From Diplonema japonicum (Eukaryota > Protista > Euglenozoa: Diplonemea), in NCBI GenBank assembly GCA_964019335.1, contig OZ025689.1:248001-312000 (forward strand): 64,000 bases of DNA. The letters run 5' to 3'. The notes below the pieces were generated by a model, which did not search any database, was not told the DNA's origin, and saw only the letters and a program-made list of their open reading frames with translations. Below are positions 1 to 13,400 of this stretch, piece after piece (position 1 is the first letter of the stretch; the number at the start of each line of letters is the position of its first letter). Position numbers and translations under genes: made by a program.

Positions 1-856
1 TGTTGTACCTTCGGGCGTCAGGTGGGGTTGCAGGGATGGAGGCCACTTCTTCTTCTACCTTTAAGCTGACAGGTGTGTTGGTTGCTTCTTCTTCGATTCG
101 AACCTGCAGCTCGTCGTTTCGTCTTGAGGTCTCCACTACTGTCTTCTCCATCACAGAACACATTTCCTTCAGCGATGAAATCTTGGCCCGTGCGGCAACA
201 AGTTCCCTCCGCAGCTGGTCCTGCGACACGTCGTTCTCAGGAAAAATCGATGATGGTTTCCGAGGGGGAGGGATGATAGACCTCCGCCCTTTGGGAGCGC
301 TCCTTGATCTGCGATTTGGGCACGCTTCACGCATCCATAGAGAGTGATGTGTCCATCGCTGAAGCTTTTCATAATATTTCCTGCACAGCGCACGGCACTG
401 GCCCAGCCTCATGGCGAGGCCCACCTTTTTCTTCAGAAATTGAAACTGCTCTGTTCGCTTCGTGCTGATCTTTTTATGCCGATCGATAGCGCATGTTAGT
501 ACTTTCCCTTGCGCTTCCAACTCTCTCTTAAGTACCTTATTCTCGTGCATGCTGCTAAAAAGCTCATCAGAATATGCTTGTTCCTCCACCAAGTACGCCT
601 CATTCAACACAGTGCCGTCATACATATCATCAGGATACACTATAGTCTCTGTGATCGGAACAGCAGGCGTACACGCCACACTCATAACAGGGATACCCGG
701 TGACACTGCTGCTGCAGGGGGGCTGTGGTTGCCCTCGGGTGGCGGCGACAAACGCGTGTTGCGCCCTCCTGAAAGCCGCCCCGACAGCCTCATACGAGGC
801 TGGTACTGGGGTTGCAACACTGGACTGCCGTCAGCATCGAAACTCCACCGAGGCAT
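1..856 (-). CDS. Hypothetical coiled-coil protein, 3' end runs off window
   Basis: Read manually: ATG at 856 (MPRWSFDADG...) open to the window edge, preceded by a pyrimidine tract and CAG at 858-860. Absent from the ORF track because it has no stop. Confidence 0.65.
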   Translation of the reverse strand, partial: MPRWSFDADGSPVLQPQYQPRMRLSGRLSGGRNTRLSPPPEGNHSPPAAAVSPGIPVMSVACTPAVPITETIVYPDDMYDGTVLNEAYLVEEQAYSDELFSSMHENKVLKRELEAQGKVLTCAIDRHKKISTKRTEQFQFLKKKVGLAMRLGQCRALCRKYYEKLQRWTHHSLWMREACPNRRSRSAPKGRRSIIPPPRKPSSIFPENDVSQDQLRRELVAARAKISSLKEMCSVMEKTVVETSRRNDELQVRIEEEATNTPVSLKVEEEVASIPATPPDARRYN

Positions 857-946
857 CCTGTAGGGAGTGGAAGGGCACAGTAAAAAAATCATGACAAAGT
901 ATCTATTAGAACATTACAAGCGAAACAAGGGGGAAAATCTAAACTT

Positions 947-1999
947 CTACACCCGCCGCATGTACCCGTCATGGGCGTTGCGGTCCCACACAGCGTTGAC
1001 GTCGTACTGCGGCGGCGGGTCGGCATACTCTTCGGACGGTTCCCGCTGCTTGGGGATGTACTGGTCCCAACCACGGTAGGTGTAGTGGTGCCCGTTGACA
1101 GGGGGCGAGGGCGTGTCCTGACGGCTAGGAGATCGGTGTGAGTAATGTGCAGGACGGGGGCGGTGGGCATCCTGAAACTGTTGAGGCGGTGGGGGGAGGG
1201 GTTGTTCGTAAAAGAGAGGCCCAGGGGAAGGGGGTGTCATAGCTCGCTCCTTCCCACGCAATCGCTGAGGAGATTGTGAAGCATCGATTGCTTTCTCGTA
1301 TTTGTCGTAGTAGCTATGCAAGCCGTTTTGTTCATCATATTCTTCGTTCTCCCCGTGCCCCTCGTACCTGTGCCCCTCGTACCCGTGTCCCTCGTACCTG
1401 TCGTGGGGGTAGGGGTCATGCGAGGGTGGGTACTCCTGTTCGTACTGTCCTGTCTCCTGACCCCACTCGCGGTCGTATGTAATCTGAGTGGCAACAAGAT
1501 CGGGTTCTACAGTGCACGTGTCCCTCTGCCCTGCTACAGGGGATGGGAGGGTAGGTTTCTGACGGAGTTGAATAGGTGCATGAGTGGAACCGGTTGCGCT
1601 TCCCCCCATTGCTCGGCGGCTTCTACTCGAGCTCCGGCTCTTGCTCGGCTGCTCACTGAAACCTTTAAGCCGTGTCTTTTCGACTTGCGTCGTACCAGAG
1701 CTGCCGCTCCCTTCCCTCGTCCCTCTCACTTTTACTCTGCAGATCGGGCACTTTCTTGTGTTCCCCGAAGCTGAGTAATATTTCACATCACATTCCTCGC
1801 ACGTACTGTTGCACTGTGCTGTCCCGGCCCTCTCTTTCATCTCATGCCTGCAGTTGTGGCATATGTTCGTCTGTCCGCTTTGTGAATAATACTTAACCCC
1901 GCACCTCCCACAGTTCATGTACACCATCTGCCTGTTTTGCTTGTAAAAAGGGTACGTTGGGAAAACCGATAACAGAATTAAGAAGATCAAAGGAAACAT
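947..1999 (-). CDS. Hypothetical protein with two CxxC...CxxC zinc-ribbon-like repeats and Pro/Tyr-rich tail
   Basis: CGRCGVKYYSQSGQTNICHNC and CEECDVKYYSASGNTRKCPIC; GH(G/R)YE repeats. True start probably the internal MVYMN. Confidence 0.6.
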   Translation of the reverse strand: MFPLIFLILLSVFPTYPFYKQNRQMVYMNCGRCGVKYYSQSGQTNICHNCRHEMKERAGTAQCNSTCEECDVKYYSASGNTRKCPICRVKVRGTREGSGSSGTTQVEKTRLKGFSEQPSKSRSSSRSRRAMGGSATGSTHAPIQLRQKPTLPSPVAGQRDTCTVEPDLVATQITYDREWGQETGQYEQEYPPSHDPYPHDRYEGHGYEGHRYEGHGENEEYDEQNGLHSYYDKYEKAIDASQSPQRLRGKERAMTPPSPGPLFYEQPLPPPPQQFQDAHRPRPAHYSHRSPSRQDTPSPPVNGHHYTYRGWDQYIPKQREPSEEYADPPPQYDVNAVWDRNAHDGYMRRV

Positions 2000-2209
2000 G
2001 ATCCCTTTACTACTAAGGGGTGCTTCTGACTTGGGCTGGGGAAGGAGAAGGGGTATAATATCCTTAGTTGAGAGCTAGGTATCACTAGGATGGCCAAGGA
2101 GAGGAATTACAATTAGAATTAGAAGGATAAAAATGGGAAATATGGAAGTGTAAATGGTTTGAGTAAAACGGCATACAAAAAAGGCAACAGTGAATCTTAA
2201 TGCATGACC

Positions 2210-5200
2210 TTAACCCACAAGGGGTTCCCCGTCTGGGCCAACAATTGGAGTGCCTGAGGCGTAGACAACAGCGAAGAAGATGGCGATGAGGAGGGCGGGG
2301 AGGATGACGGCAACGAGGCGGACACGGAGGGTCTTCTTGAAGGGACGGGGGCCCAGAACCAGGAGAAGCGGGACGAAGAGGAAGACCGAGAAGACGATGG
2401 AGACCCCGATGCTGATCACCATGATCTGCCCGAACTGCACCAGCGGTCGGATCGTGCAGAACAGAAGCGGAACTGTGGACAGGATCGTCGTCGCCGCCGC
2501 GTTCACAAGAGGAGGCCCCATGTCCCCAACCACCTTGCGCAGCACCTCCTCAGAGGAGAAGGGTATCCCCTCCCGCCTCACATACGCACACACCTCCGTG
2601 TACGCCTCCGCGAAGTGCAAACAATAGTCCACGCTCAGACCGATCACAACGCTCAGTGACACTGCCTCCACAGCCCCTACCTTCCATCCCATCATCCAGA
2701 ACACAGAGAAGGTCCCGCTGATGATAGATCCCATCGTCACAAGGATCAGCGTCGTGATCCACACGTGACACGTGAACATCAGCACAATCACAAACGAGGT
2801 GATCATCTGTTTAGTTTAATAAAATAACTCAAGCTAGCACATACCGAAATGGCGATGGAGTAGACAAGACCCCGCACGGCGATCACTTGTATGAATGCCT
2901 TTGGCCACTGATGCGCCGTCTGGTAGCCACGACACGTAGGCGGGGCATTGCTGTTGATGTCGTTCATGACGCCCTCCCAGAAGGAGAACTCGTCGTGGAT
3001 ACTGAAGGCTGAGCTATAGGCGTTGGCAGTTGTTCTGTAGATGTGGCGGATGTACTTCAGATCAGGTTCGTCAGGCAATTGGCCGTACCAGCCTGTGTAC
3101 TCCAGTTTGTCGCGTGTTTCGCTAGAAGGTGTGATCATGAAGTCTGTAAGTGCGGCTTGGAAAGACGCCTCTGGTAGCGGAAGCCCTTGCGACGAGGCGT
3201 TTTGCAATATTTCGTACTTAGCATACTGTCCAGGGGAGAGTGTCCTGAGCCACGTGTCGAAGTCTTGTATGACACACAGACCAGGGACTTGCACTTTCTC
3301 TAAGAACTGCCTGTTTCGGCAGACATGGAGCATGTGTGTCTGGCACGCTGGGTCGGCAGCATTGAAGTGCTTGTCATAAACAACGTGCCAGCCGTTCTCG
3401 TCTTCCCAGCTGCGCTCTGCATCGACACCCCACAGTAGGTACACCACTATCGTGTTGGTGTCGATGGTATCCACAATCTGGCAAGCATTGTTCCCACCAC
3501 ACACGCCACACGAATCAATTACTGCACCTGAACCAGGAACACCATCGCACCCCAAGCACGACTTGTTAAATGCATGGACGTCGCTGCACTGCCTGCAAGC
3601 GTCGATGCGGTGAGTGAGGTTCAATTGAGTCGTCACCTCGCCACTGCACATACGACAGCCTTGAGGTGTGCATGTGCCGCCTTCACTGACACATGACGCG
3701 GAACAGAGACACGTCGGGCCTATGTAATGCTCAGGACATGGAGATGGGCCTTTAGGAAGAGGGCTGCTTGTAGATAACTGCGGGGCTTCCGTCAGAGGAG
3801 GGCAGTCTTCATCCTTGCCGCCGCACACGCCGCAGATGCTTGATCGCACACCAGAGTGCAGCACACCATCGCAACCAACGCAGCTGTTGTTCCCTCCACA
3901 CTCACCACACCTGTCCACAACGGCGTCACTGAATAAAACGTTGTCACACCCCAAGAACAGCCCCATGTCGGTATTGCCCCAGAACGGTGCACATGCGCTG
4001 TCCTTTTGGATGCAATCGCCTGGCTTTGTAAACAGCTCGTTTCTGTGCCTGTAGATGTAAATGTGATGGTCGGAGTCGTAGAAAGAGGGCGAGTCGTCGC
4101 GGTGCGTGAGGCGGGTTGCGGCATAGATGAACACTCCAGTCGAGACGAGCATCACCCCTAAAAACACAAACCGCATCCTGTAGATAAAAGGGTACACGTA
4201 ACCTACGAAGACCCGCTTCAGAACGGGAATGCCGTCCCCTTCAATAAGGTGGCATTCGTCAGCCTCCGTCACCACCGTCTGCGTGTCGGGGACAGTTTCC
4301 ACTTCTATGCTTAAAGGGTTCACGATGATGTCGTCCATTTGCAAACACTCCACTTCAGGTGTAAGTCTTCCATCTCCAACCCTCTGTTGCACCCACCCTT
4401 CTTCCACCTGCAAGAACCCGTCACACCTCCCAACACACGCCACCACCTCGCCATCGCTTAGCCGGGAAACAACGTGTCCCTCGAACGGTGCCTTGTACAC
4501 AGGGCACCCTTCTTTGCCCCATCCTGTTACATGGTATGTGTCATGAGGCAGCTCGGCTACTATATTTTCGCCCTCCATTACATGCACAGGGGTTCCCTTC
4601 ATAGGGGAACCCTTCCAGCAGAGCCTTCTGATGTACGTCATCCACACACACAGGATTGTGGGATAGAGAGACATGACGAGGAGGTAGTTCACAATGACGA
4701 GGATGCCCATGAGGAGGCCGAAGCTGCGGACAGCTGGGATGGAGGAGATCATGTTGGCCATGAAGGCGGCAGCGCTTGTCGTACTTGTGACGAGCATCGG
4801 AGGCCCTGCCTTGCGAAGGGCATACGCCGTGCGCTGCTCGAGGGGGACGCTGTCGCTTTGGAAGACGGGCTTTGTTATGCTCCAGCTGTCCCTCCTCGTA
4901 AAGACGGAGCTGCCTTTCCCGCCCTCCCCCAGAACAGACGGCTTCTCGCAGTAGAAGAACGCATTCGAGAAGACGAAGATGTCGTCAACCCCAATCCCGA
5001 CCATGATGTAGAAGGAGAGGATGTTCAGGGGACCGAGGTAGCTCTCCCGGAACACCACAGCATAGAAGAACAGCGACACGGGAAAGGTGACGAGGAGCTG
5101 TCCCATTGCACAGGTGGAGAGGAACAGAGACCGCAGGTGGAAGACCATGTACAGCAGCACCACCACGATGCTCGCCACCGCGATGCAGGAGTCGCGCTTC

Positions 5201-6294
5201 AGCGTCCGAAGGATCGCAGCCTCTGTCACGATGTCCCCGCCGTACACCAGGCGCACCCCCTCCACTGAGAAGGTGTCCAGCACCCTCGTCAGCTCTTCAA
5301 CCGAGGGCTCCACCGCCCCGTCCTGTCCCCCGGACCCCGCGTGCGCGAACCCAGGGAACGGAGCCCCGAGCACAATCTCGGACCGCAGCCTCGTCGTCGT
5401 CAGCTGGTGTGCGTTGAAGTCCTTCCCGAAGAACCACTGTGAATCATGTGCCTCCTGTGAACGCACGATGTACTGAAGTGTCATGAAAAGGTTGCCTGTG
5501 CTGTTCCCGTGCCCGTTATAGACGATGCCGCTGCGAGTGCCATGCACAGGCTTGAGCGCACACCGCGTGCAGTGGCTGCAGTCCTCACACACAGGACACC
5601 CTGCTGTGTTTGCTGCGCTCCAGGCCCAAGGACACTTCACAACAGAGTCGGAACAACAGCCTAGGCTGGCAGCTAGCTTGACTGCTCCGGTTTCATTATA
5701 GACAGTTGGGTAGAGATACTGCAAGAAGGAAGAAACCGGTGCAGGGGGGAAGGAAGAGATGCGGGCCTTCTGATCGGCGATGCTCCCGATGTTGTTGTTG
5801 CCGGAAGCAAGAGAAGGCGAGTGCGTGTCGCGCCACCCTGCACGCTGGTAAGGAGCAGATTCATAAATTCTGTTTTCGAAGGCATGGATGTCGGAGAGGG
5901 TGGCAGGGGTGAGAACACTACTTTCGGACATGTAGATCAATGTAATGTGCCACTTGGGGTAAGTGTAAGGGATGGTGTACCGGGCCAGCCCAGTCCCTGA
6001 CTCAGCAAGAGTGTGAACCTGCCTTCTTTCCAAGGTCTCCTTGTCATTCACAACACGGTTTGTCTCCGACCCGCGCCGCCCCGCTTCCCGAGAAGAGGTG
6101 TAGTGGTTGATATCTTCAAAGCCGTTCAGTGCGACATCAACACTGAGATGCTTACCTAATGGTAGCACCAACACAGAAAAGTTTACAACTATGAGCACCA
6201 TCGCGAAAACACAACATAAAGGCCTCTTTGAAATGGTACTGGGATACCACCAAGGGTCGTACTGGGTTGTTACTTTAGCGTCTTCTTCGGCCAT
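2210..6294 (-). CDS. Dispatched/Patched-family RND protein, paralog 1 (full 12-TM, 2 exons)
   Basis: SSD with MVGIGVDDIFV (GxxxDD) and C-terminal IGLSVDYCLH; CDG..S....D.CGVCGG Cys repeats. A 38-nt GT-AG intron at 2807-2844 joins ORFs 2803..6576 and 2210..2806 (SIAIS|MITSF, colinear with paralog 2 AIAISLLTSF). Start inferred at MAEEDAK. Confidence 0.9.
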
Positions 6295-7429
6295 TTTCTT
6301 GCGCAACCTGTTCCTGATAAAATAGAATGAAAGAAAAAAAAAAACAGACAAATATAAGAAGAAGGGAAAGAGAAAAAAAAAAAGAAAGATGAAGAAATGC
6401 GCGGAGACACATCTGCCTTGATAAAGGCCGTCGTGTCCAAGAAAAGAGAGGGAGAGAAATTGAAAGGGGGAGAAAAAAAAAAGGGAGGGGGAAACAAGCA
6501 TATTTATGGTTCTTTGGTGACAAGCCGGAGGGAGGGGGGAGGTTCCTTTTTTTTTTTCTATTTCCCTCGTCTTCACAAGTTGTGTTCGGTGTGGGGAAGA
6601 AAAGAAAATCGGTTAAAGCGTTCTTTTAATATTCTTTTCAGCCCTTCTTCGATGGCCGCAACCATCATCATTATGAGTGATGTGCAGGGACAGTGTAAAT
6701 GAAAGGGACGGGAGGGGGGAGAATGCAACGTAGTAAAAAAGTAAAAAAGTAAAGAATAACGTGTAACACCATGAAAATTGAAGAAAAAACAATTCTTTAT
6801 GACTATATGTCTTTGTTGTTCGCACGAGCAAAAAAGGTTTTTAAAAAGCTGCGAAAGTTTTTTGCTCGGCACAAGTTGCATATAGTTATAAAATCATTTT
6901 CTAAAAGATAAATATTTGTAACAAAAAAAAAAAGCCTGAAGTGCACTAAACACCTTCTACCTATCGCCCTCAACACTTGTTGCCATACGGGCGGGACTGC
7001 ATCGTACGAGGATCTGATGAAACAAGAAGTGAGGGAGGGGGAGGAGGTGGGGTAAAAAAAGGAGGGACAAAAAAGATACAGCCTCGGGTAGGTATAAGAA
7101 ACAAAAACCTCATTTGCATTCGAATCTTTCTTTCTTACCTTCCACTTGCTTGCAGATCCTTTTTTATTTCTATTTTATCGTTCTTCTTCTTCTTTTACAG
7201 CAGGGCCCAGTCCGCTTTCAATATAAAGGGGGGGGGGGGGGGGGGGTGATCGTGTAAAAAAAAAAAAAGCGCGAATACGCAATAACCACCCAAATAAAAT
7301 AGAAGAAAAGAAGAAAGAAGAACTGGCCATGTATGGAAGTAAGGGAGAAAGAAGAATATAGGCGCAAATCCCGCCCTTAAAAGATTTATTTCAAAAGAAA
7401 GTAGAAAAAGAAAAGGGGGAAATTAGTCT

Positions 7430-10400
7430 TTAACCCACAAGGGGTTCCCCGTCTGGGCCAACAATTGGAGTGCCTGAGGCGTAGACAACAGCGAAGAAGA
7501 TGGCGATGAGGAGGGCGGGGAGGATGACGGCAACGAGGCGGACACGGAGGGTCTTCTTGAAGGGACGGGGGCCCAGAACCAGGAGAAGCGGGACGAAGAG
7601 GAAGACCGAGAAGACGATGGAGACCCCGATGCTGATCACCATGATCTGCCCGAACTGCACCAGCGGTCGGATCGTGCAGAACAGAAGCGGAACTGTGGAC
7701 AGGATCGTCGTCGCCGCCGCGTTCACAAGAGGAGGCCCCATGTCCCCAACCACCTTGCGCAGCACCTCCTCAGAGGAGAAGGGTATCCCCTCCCGCCTCA
7801 CATACGCACACACCTCCGTGTACGCCTCCGCGAAGTGCAAACAATAGTCCACGCTCAGACCGATCACAACGCTCAGTGACACTGCCTCCACAGCCCCTAC
7901 CTTCCATCCCATCATCCAGAACACAGAGAAGGTCCCGCTGATGATAGATCCCATCGTCACAAGGATCAGCGTCGTGATCCACACGTGACACGTGAACATC
8001 AGCACAATCACAAACGAGGTGAGCAGCGATATCGCGATGGCGTACGCCAAGCCGTTTATGGCCGTCACCTGAACGAAGGCAGGGGGCCATTGTGGGGCTG
8101 TTTGGTAGCCAAGACAACCCCTTGCCTGGCCGTGGTTTAAGGCATCCATCGTCTCGTCCCATGCATTGTGCCGTTGGAGCAGAGAGTACGCTGACTCACC
8201 AATGTCGGTTGTGGTGCGCACAGGAAGCATGATAAACTTCAGCTTCCTTGTCACCCAAGGTCTACTCAGTGCCCCGTAGAACCCAAAGTAGCGCATCACA
8301 TCGCGACGGTCTTCGAACAACCAGTCCTGGATCGCTTCCTCGAACACCGAAGAGGGCAAAGGGAGACCTTCGGCGCAACTTCTGTTCTCGCAGTGGAGTG
8401 GGTACTTGGAAAGGCCTGCAGATGTAGTTCGTTTCTCGCGGACCCATGTCTCGAAGGACTGCAATAAGCACTCGAACTGTGCGGACTGGTCTGCGCCCTC
8501 TTGTGCGGGTGCGGGTACTCCACATTCGTTATCACTGCAGGCTACCTTTTCGGCAATGTGTCTGCAGCTGTCGAGCAGATGCTGCTGACACCGCACGTCG
8601 CTAGGGTTGAACTCCTTGTCGTACACAACGTGCTCTCCAAGGCGGTCCTTATAGCTCCTCGCACTGTCAATACCCCAAACGAAGGTGACCTCGACTGTGT
8701 TGGTGTCTACGAGTTCCGCAACCTTGCAGTCGTTGTTTCCACCACACACGCTGCACGAATCCATTCGCTTGTCGCTGTGGAGCCTCCCGTCGCAACCCAT
8801 GCAAGCCGAGTTTGGCTCTGCCTTGTTCGTATATTGGCTCACCGGCCACGGGGGTCTGGAGGAAAAATACACTTATTACAATACATACCCACACACACCA
8901 CAGCTGTCCACCCAGTGGTCCGTCGCATCGTAGGTCTCTTTGTTGTTGCACATCTTGCATGTACCAGATGGTGTGCATGAGCCTCCGATGTGCAGGCACA
9001 ACGGGCTGCACACAGTGCAGTTTGGCCCACTCAGAAAAGGGCCGCACGGGTCGGGCTCTGGGACAGCCTCCGCACCTTCAGTAACCGTGGTCTCCAAGAC
9101 GGGAAGACTGTCCACAGTGCCTAAAACAGAGAAGGTGCTGTCGTTGAACGACGCCCCTTGCAGTGCCATCTTCACAGCGCTGGTAGGCACCAGCAGGCTC
9201 TTCTCGCCAGTGAGGTAAAGATACACCTTCAAAGATCCACACCTAATGGCGGCCACTGACACAGCGTCGCTAGCCAGCCCTATCTGCGCAGCAACGACAT
9301 CTGCCACAGCTTTCTGCACCTCATGCTGCCGCTGTTTTCCAAGGGTGCGATACGCTGTGCAGTCAATGTCAAACCTTAGCATCACGGTCACAGTTATCGG
9401 CAAGTCACGGCACTCGCCCTTTGCACACATGCCTTGGAGGCTGGTGCTCGTGGTGCAGGTCGCCCCTTCGGGTCTAATAGGGTGGGAACACACCCCAGCA
9501 TTGCACAATCCCTTCAAGTGACACGTATCCTGCGCCACACAAACGACACCGGTACATAGGTCAGCTGCTTCGCAGCGACCCGACGAACACTGCCCTCCAT
9601 TGCAGGTTTTACCATCATGCACAGGTAACCACAAACACAACCCTATCACGCATTTCAAGTGTGTGCATTCGGACGACATGCCGCTCGGGAGTGACGTATG
9701 TTGGCAGTCGCACGTGACTGGGACTTCTGTAGGCGCAGCAGACGTCAGTACCACAGGGATTGCTGTCACTAAACGTGGCGGAGTCGTTTTAGGCACCCAA
9801 GTTATTGGCTGGGCCGTCGAAGGCTTTTTAGTTTGCGGAACATTTGACGGAAGTGGCACTTCTGTGGCTGGCATCCCGGTCACAGGCTCAGGTGTCAGAA
9901 GGGGTTGCACCGTTGGCTGTTCAGTTGCAGGCACCTTAGTTCTTGATTGTGTGGATGGTATGTCAGTACTTGTCGGAGGCAGGCCAGTCGTCACAGGCAG
10001 CCCTGTCACGGCCTCCTCGGTTGCTGGCAGTCCTGTTGTCGGCGGTGAGCCTGTCACAATTGGTTCGCTAGTTACTGGCTGCTCTATCACTGTTGCAGGT
10101 AATTCTGTGAGCGGTCCATGTGTCGCAACAGGCTCTTCAGTACGCGTAACTGTCATTTCTGTGTGTGGAACAGGCGACGGTGGCACTGTTACTGGTGTAG
10201 AAGTTTGTGTCCTAGTTTCCGGCGCACTCGTACCTGGGATCGCTGTTGCGTTGTCAGCGGGGCGTTTGATTCAGGTGTTGTAGTAGCAGGATCGGCTGTG
10301 CTTGGTGCTCCAGATGTCGGTGTTTCTGTAGTCGAACTATTCGTCTCTACCGTCGGTTCTGTAGTACTTGCTGGTACTACAGTATTGATAGTCTCCGTTG

Positions 10401-13400
10401 CAGGTAGCTGTGTAGCTAGAGCTTGTGTCACCGGTACTTCTGTGGATGGTTGTCCCGTGGATGGCTGTTCTGTGGATGGTTGTCCCGTGGATGGCTGTTC
10501 TGTGGATGGTTTCCCCGTAGTTGGTTGTCCTGTGGATGGCTGCCCTGTGGATGGCTGCCCTGTGGATGGTTGTCCTGTGGATGGTTGTCCTGTGGATGGC
10601 TGTCCTGTGGACGGCTGCTCTGTGGATGGTTTCCCTGTAGTTGGTTGTCCTGTAGACGGCTGCCCTGTGGGTGGCTGCTCTGTGGATAGCTGTCCTGTGG
10701 ATGGTTGTCCTGTAGACGGCTGTCCTGTGGTTGGTTGTCCTGTGGACGGCTGCCCTGTGGACGGCTGCCCCGTGGTTGGTTTCCCTGTAGTTGGTTGTCC
10801 TGTGGACGGCTTCCCTGTGGTTGGTTGTCCTGCGGATGGCTGCCCTGTGGAAGGTTGTCCTGTGGACGGCTGCCCTGTGGTTGGTTGTCCTGTGGACGGC
10901 TGTCCCGTGGATGGGGCGTCGGTGAACGGGGAACTTGTTTCGGTTGGAACCTCGCTTGAGGGCACCTTCGACGATGGGACATCTGTCGATAGCGCAGGTG
11001 CCGCTGAACCTTCTGGAGCGACAGATTCCGGCACGCTAGTTACGGGGGCGTCAGTAGCTAAGCTCGGCGTTGCTGTCACGGGCACATTTGTAGGTTCACT
11101 TGCATTTGTTCCTGACTCTGTGGGCTGCGCTGTCGGTGCAATTGTATCCGTCGGTGCAGCAGTGACTACTTCTGAGCCGGTAGGCGCGCTAGATGCTACC
11201 TGCGTGGTCGGGAAATCTGTTGGCACAGTTGTCGGCCCTCTAGTCACTGTCACATTTGTTGGTGTTACCGTCTCAGTCTTCGGTGCCATTGTGTCGGGCA
11301 CATCTGTCCCAGGTGCTGCCGTATTGATGGGTGTTTCACTCGTTGGGGTAGGGGATATCGGTCCTTCGACTACTGGTGCATTGGTGTCTGGTACATTGGT
11401 TTCCGGTAGAGATACCACAGGTGCCGGTGTAGAGGCCACCGGGACCATAGTTGTTGGAGATTCTGTTGTAAACACAGGCTCTGCTGTTACTGGCGCTCGC
11501 GAGGGTATTACTGTGGAAGACGAGAGCGTTGTGGGCACTGCTGTTATACCTGCATGTGTTTCGGGAAACGCTGTACTGGGACCCAATGACCTGGGTTGCA
11601 GTGTTGTTGGCAGACCGGTGGGGATGGGATTGGCAGATATCGGTGGGGACCACGTAAGGGGGCTGGGGGTATCGGGGGCCGTACTTCCATAAAAGTCAGT
11701 AATTTGTATGCTGCTGATCTGTGATCCAACAGCCCCGAAGGCAGTGCCGTCGAGGTACACGCTAGTAGCCTGCAGCACGTTGGTGGAGTGGTACAGCCTG
11801 TTCACCAATGCCTCTCTGGCTGATTCTAAGAGCAACTTCTTATCCCACACACGTACATTGACAACAAAGTAATTATTACCGGATAGAGTTCCGCCAACAG
11901 CACGGTCGTTGCAGCTCACAGTATGATATGCATCCTTGTAAGTGATCTCTGAAGTGCCAAGAGCTGTGATGAGGTCAGATGTAACTGCCTGCCAGAAAGG
12001 TTTTGTTGAGGTGTCAAGCTTTTCGGAGCCACAATAGAAGAAAGTAGAAAGCGACAGATCTGTGCCCATAGCACTGGGAGCAGCAGTCTCAGGAAGAGGC
12101 TGTGTTGGACAGTCTAGATCCGAACCACCACAGACACCACAGTTGCTCCAGACAAGGCCAGACCCCAGGACACCATCACATCCAACACAAGTACCGCCAT
12201 TGCCTTTGCACACCCCACACACGTCCTTCTTCGCACCGCTGTACAGCACACCATCGCACCCGTACACTCCCTTCACGGTGTGTTCTACCCACATAGCACC
12301 ACACGCTCTCGTCTCCTCCACGCAGTTCCCGCTCTTCAGGTAGACGGTGTCCTTCTGCTGGTAAATATGAATGCTGTGATCAGAGCTGAAGAACGAGGGC
12401 TGTGACGTCTGATGCGTGAGCCTCGTCGTGGCCACAAGGGATAGCCCGACAAGCACAACGAAAAAGATGAGAAACACAACGCGCCACTTGTAAATAAGTG
12501 GGTAGAGATGCTTCTTGATGATCTTCCGCAAGGTGGGCTTGCCCCCCTCGTCCAGTAGGTAGATATTGTCATCGAACTCCATGTGCATGTCAGGCAATTC
12601 CGTGCAAACGTCGGTGTTATCTAGATCTTGATCATCTTTCACCACCACCGACCTAGGAGTTGAGCACACGTCCTCTATTACAAGATCACTGTCGACTGAG
12701 TTAGCTTCCAGCGGCACCACCACGTGGCATGATGACAGTGTCACAATCGAGCTCTTCCTCACTAGTGTAGGGGCATAAGTGTCATGCTGTGAGTCTTCGC
12801 ATGCACTAGGGGCAGCCTGTGATGGCACATCTTCCGCGGTTGTCTCTTCTGCTTGAGGTTCTGGCAGCTCATAAGGTTCGCATGTGACGGACTCGACCTC
12901 AGTAATTTCCGTCATCTCGATCCCTCGGTTCGGCGACGCAATGCTTGGCGGCCCTTGCACAACAGTCTCAGTCCCCTTACCCACTTTATCACACAGAGTC
13001 GTATACAAAGGTTTCACCCTCATGACCCACAGACAGAGGACTGCCGGATAGAGAGACATGACGAGGAGGTAGTTCACAATGACGAGGATGCCCATGAGGA
13101 GGCCGAAGCTGCGGACAGCTGGGATGGAGGAGATCATGTTGGCCATGAAGGCGGCAGCGCTTGTCGTACTTGTGACGAGCATCGGAGGCCCTGCCTTGCG
13201 AAGGGCATACGCCGTGCGCTGCTCGAGGGGGACGCTGTCGCTTTGGAAGACGGGCTTTGTTATGCTCCAGCTGTCCCTCCTCGTAAAGACGGAGCTGCCT
13301 TTCCCGCCCTCCCCCAGAACAGACGGCTTCTCGCAGTAGAAGAACGCATTCGAGAAGACGAAGATGTCGTCAACCCCAATCCCGACCATGATGTAGAAGG

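Noticed and set aside
2803-10189. Stop-codon readthrough or alternative genetic code to explain split Dispatched ORFs
   Set aside because: The breaks are explained by two canonical introns and one single-base frameshift. Long ORFs elsewhere use the standard code with all three stop codons.
9600-11692. Plus-strand GCPVD-repeat ORFs
   Set aside because: Antisense shadows of the GQPST mucin region.
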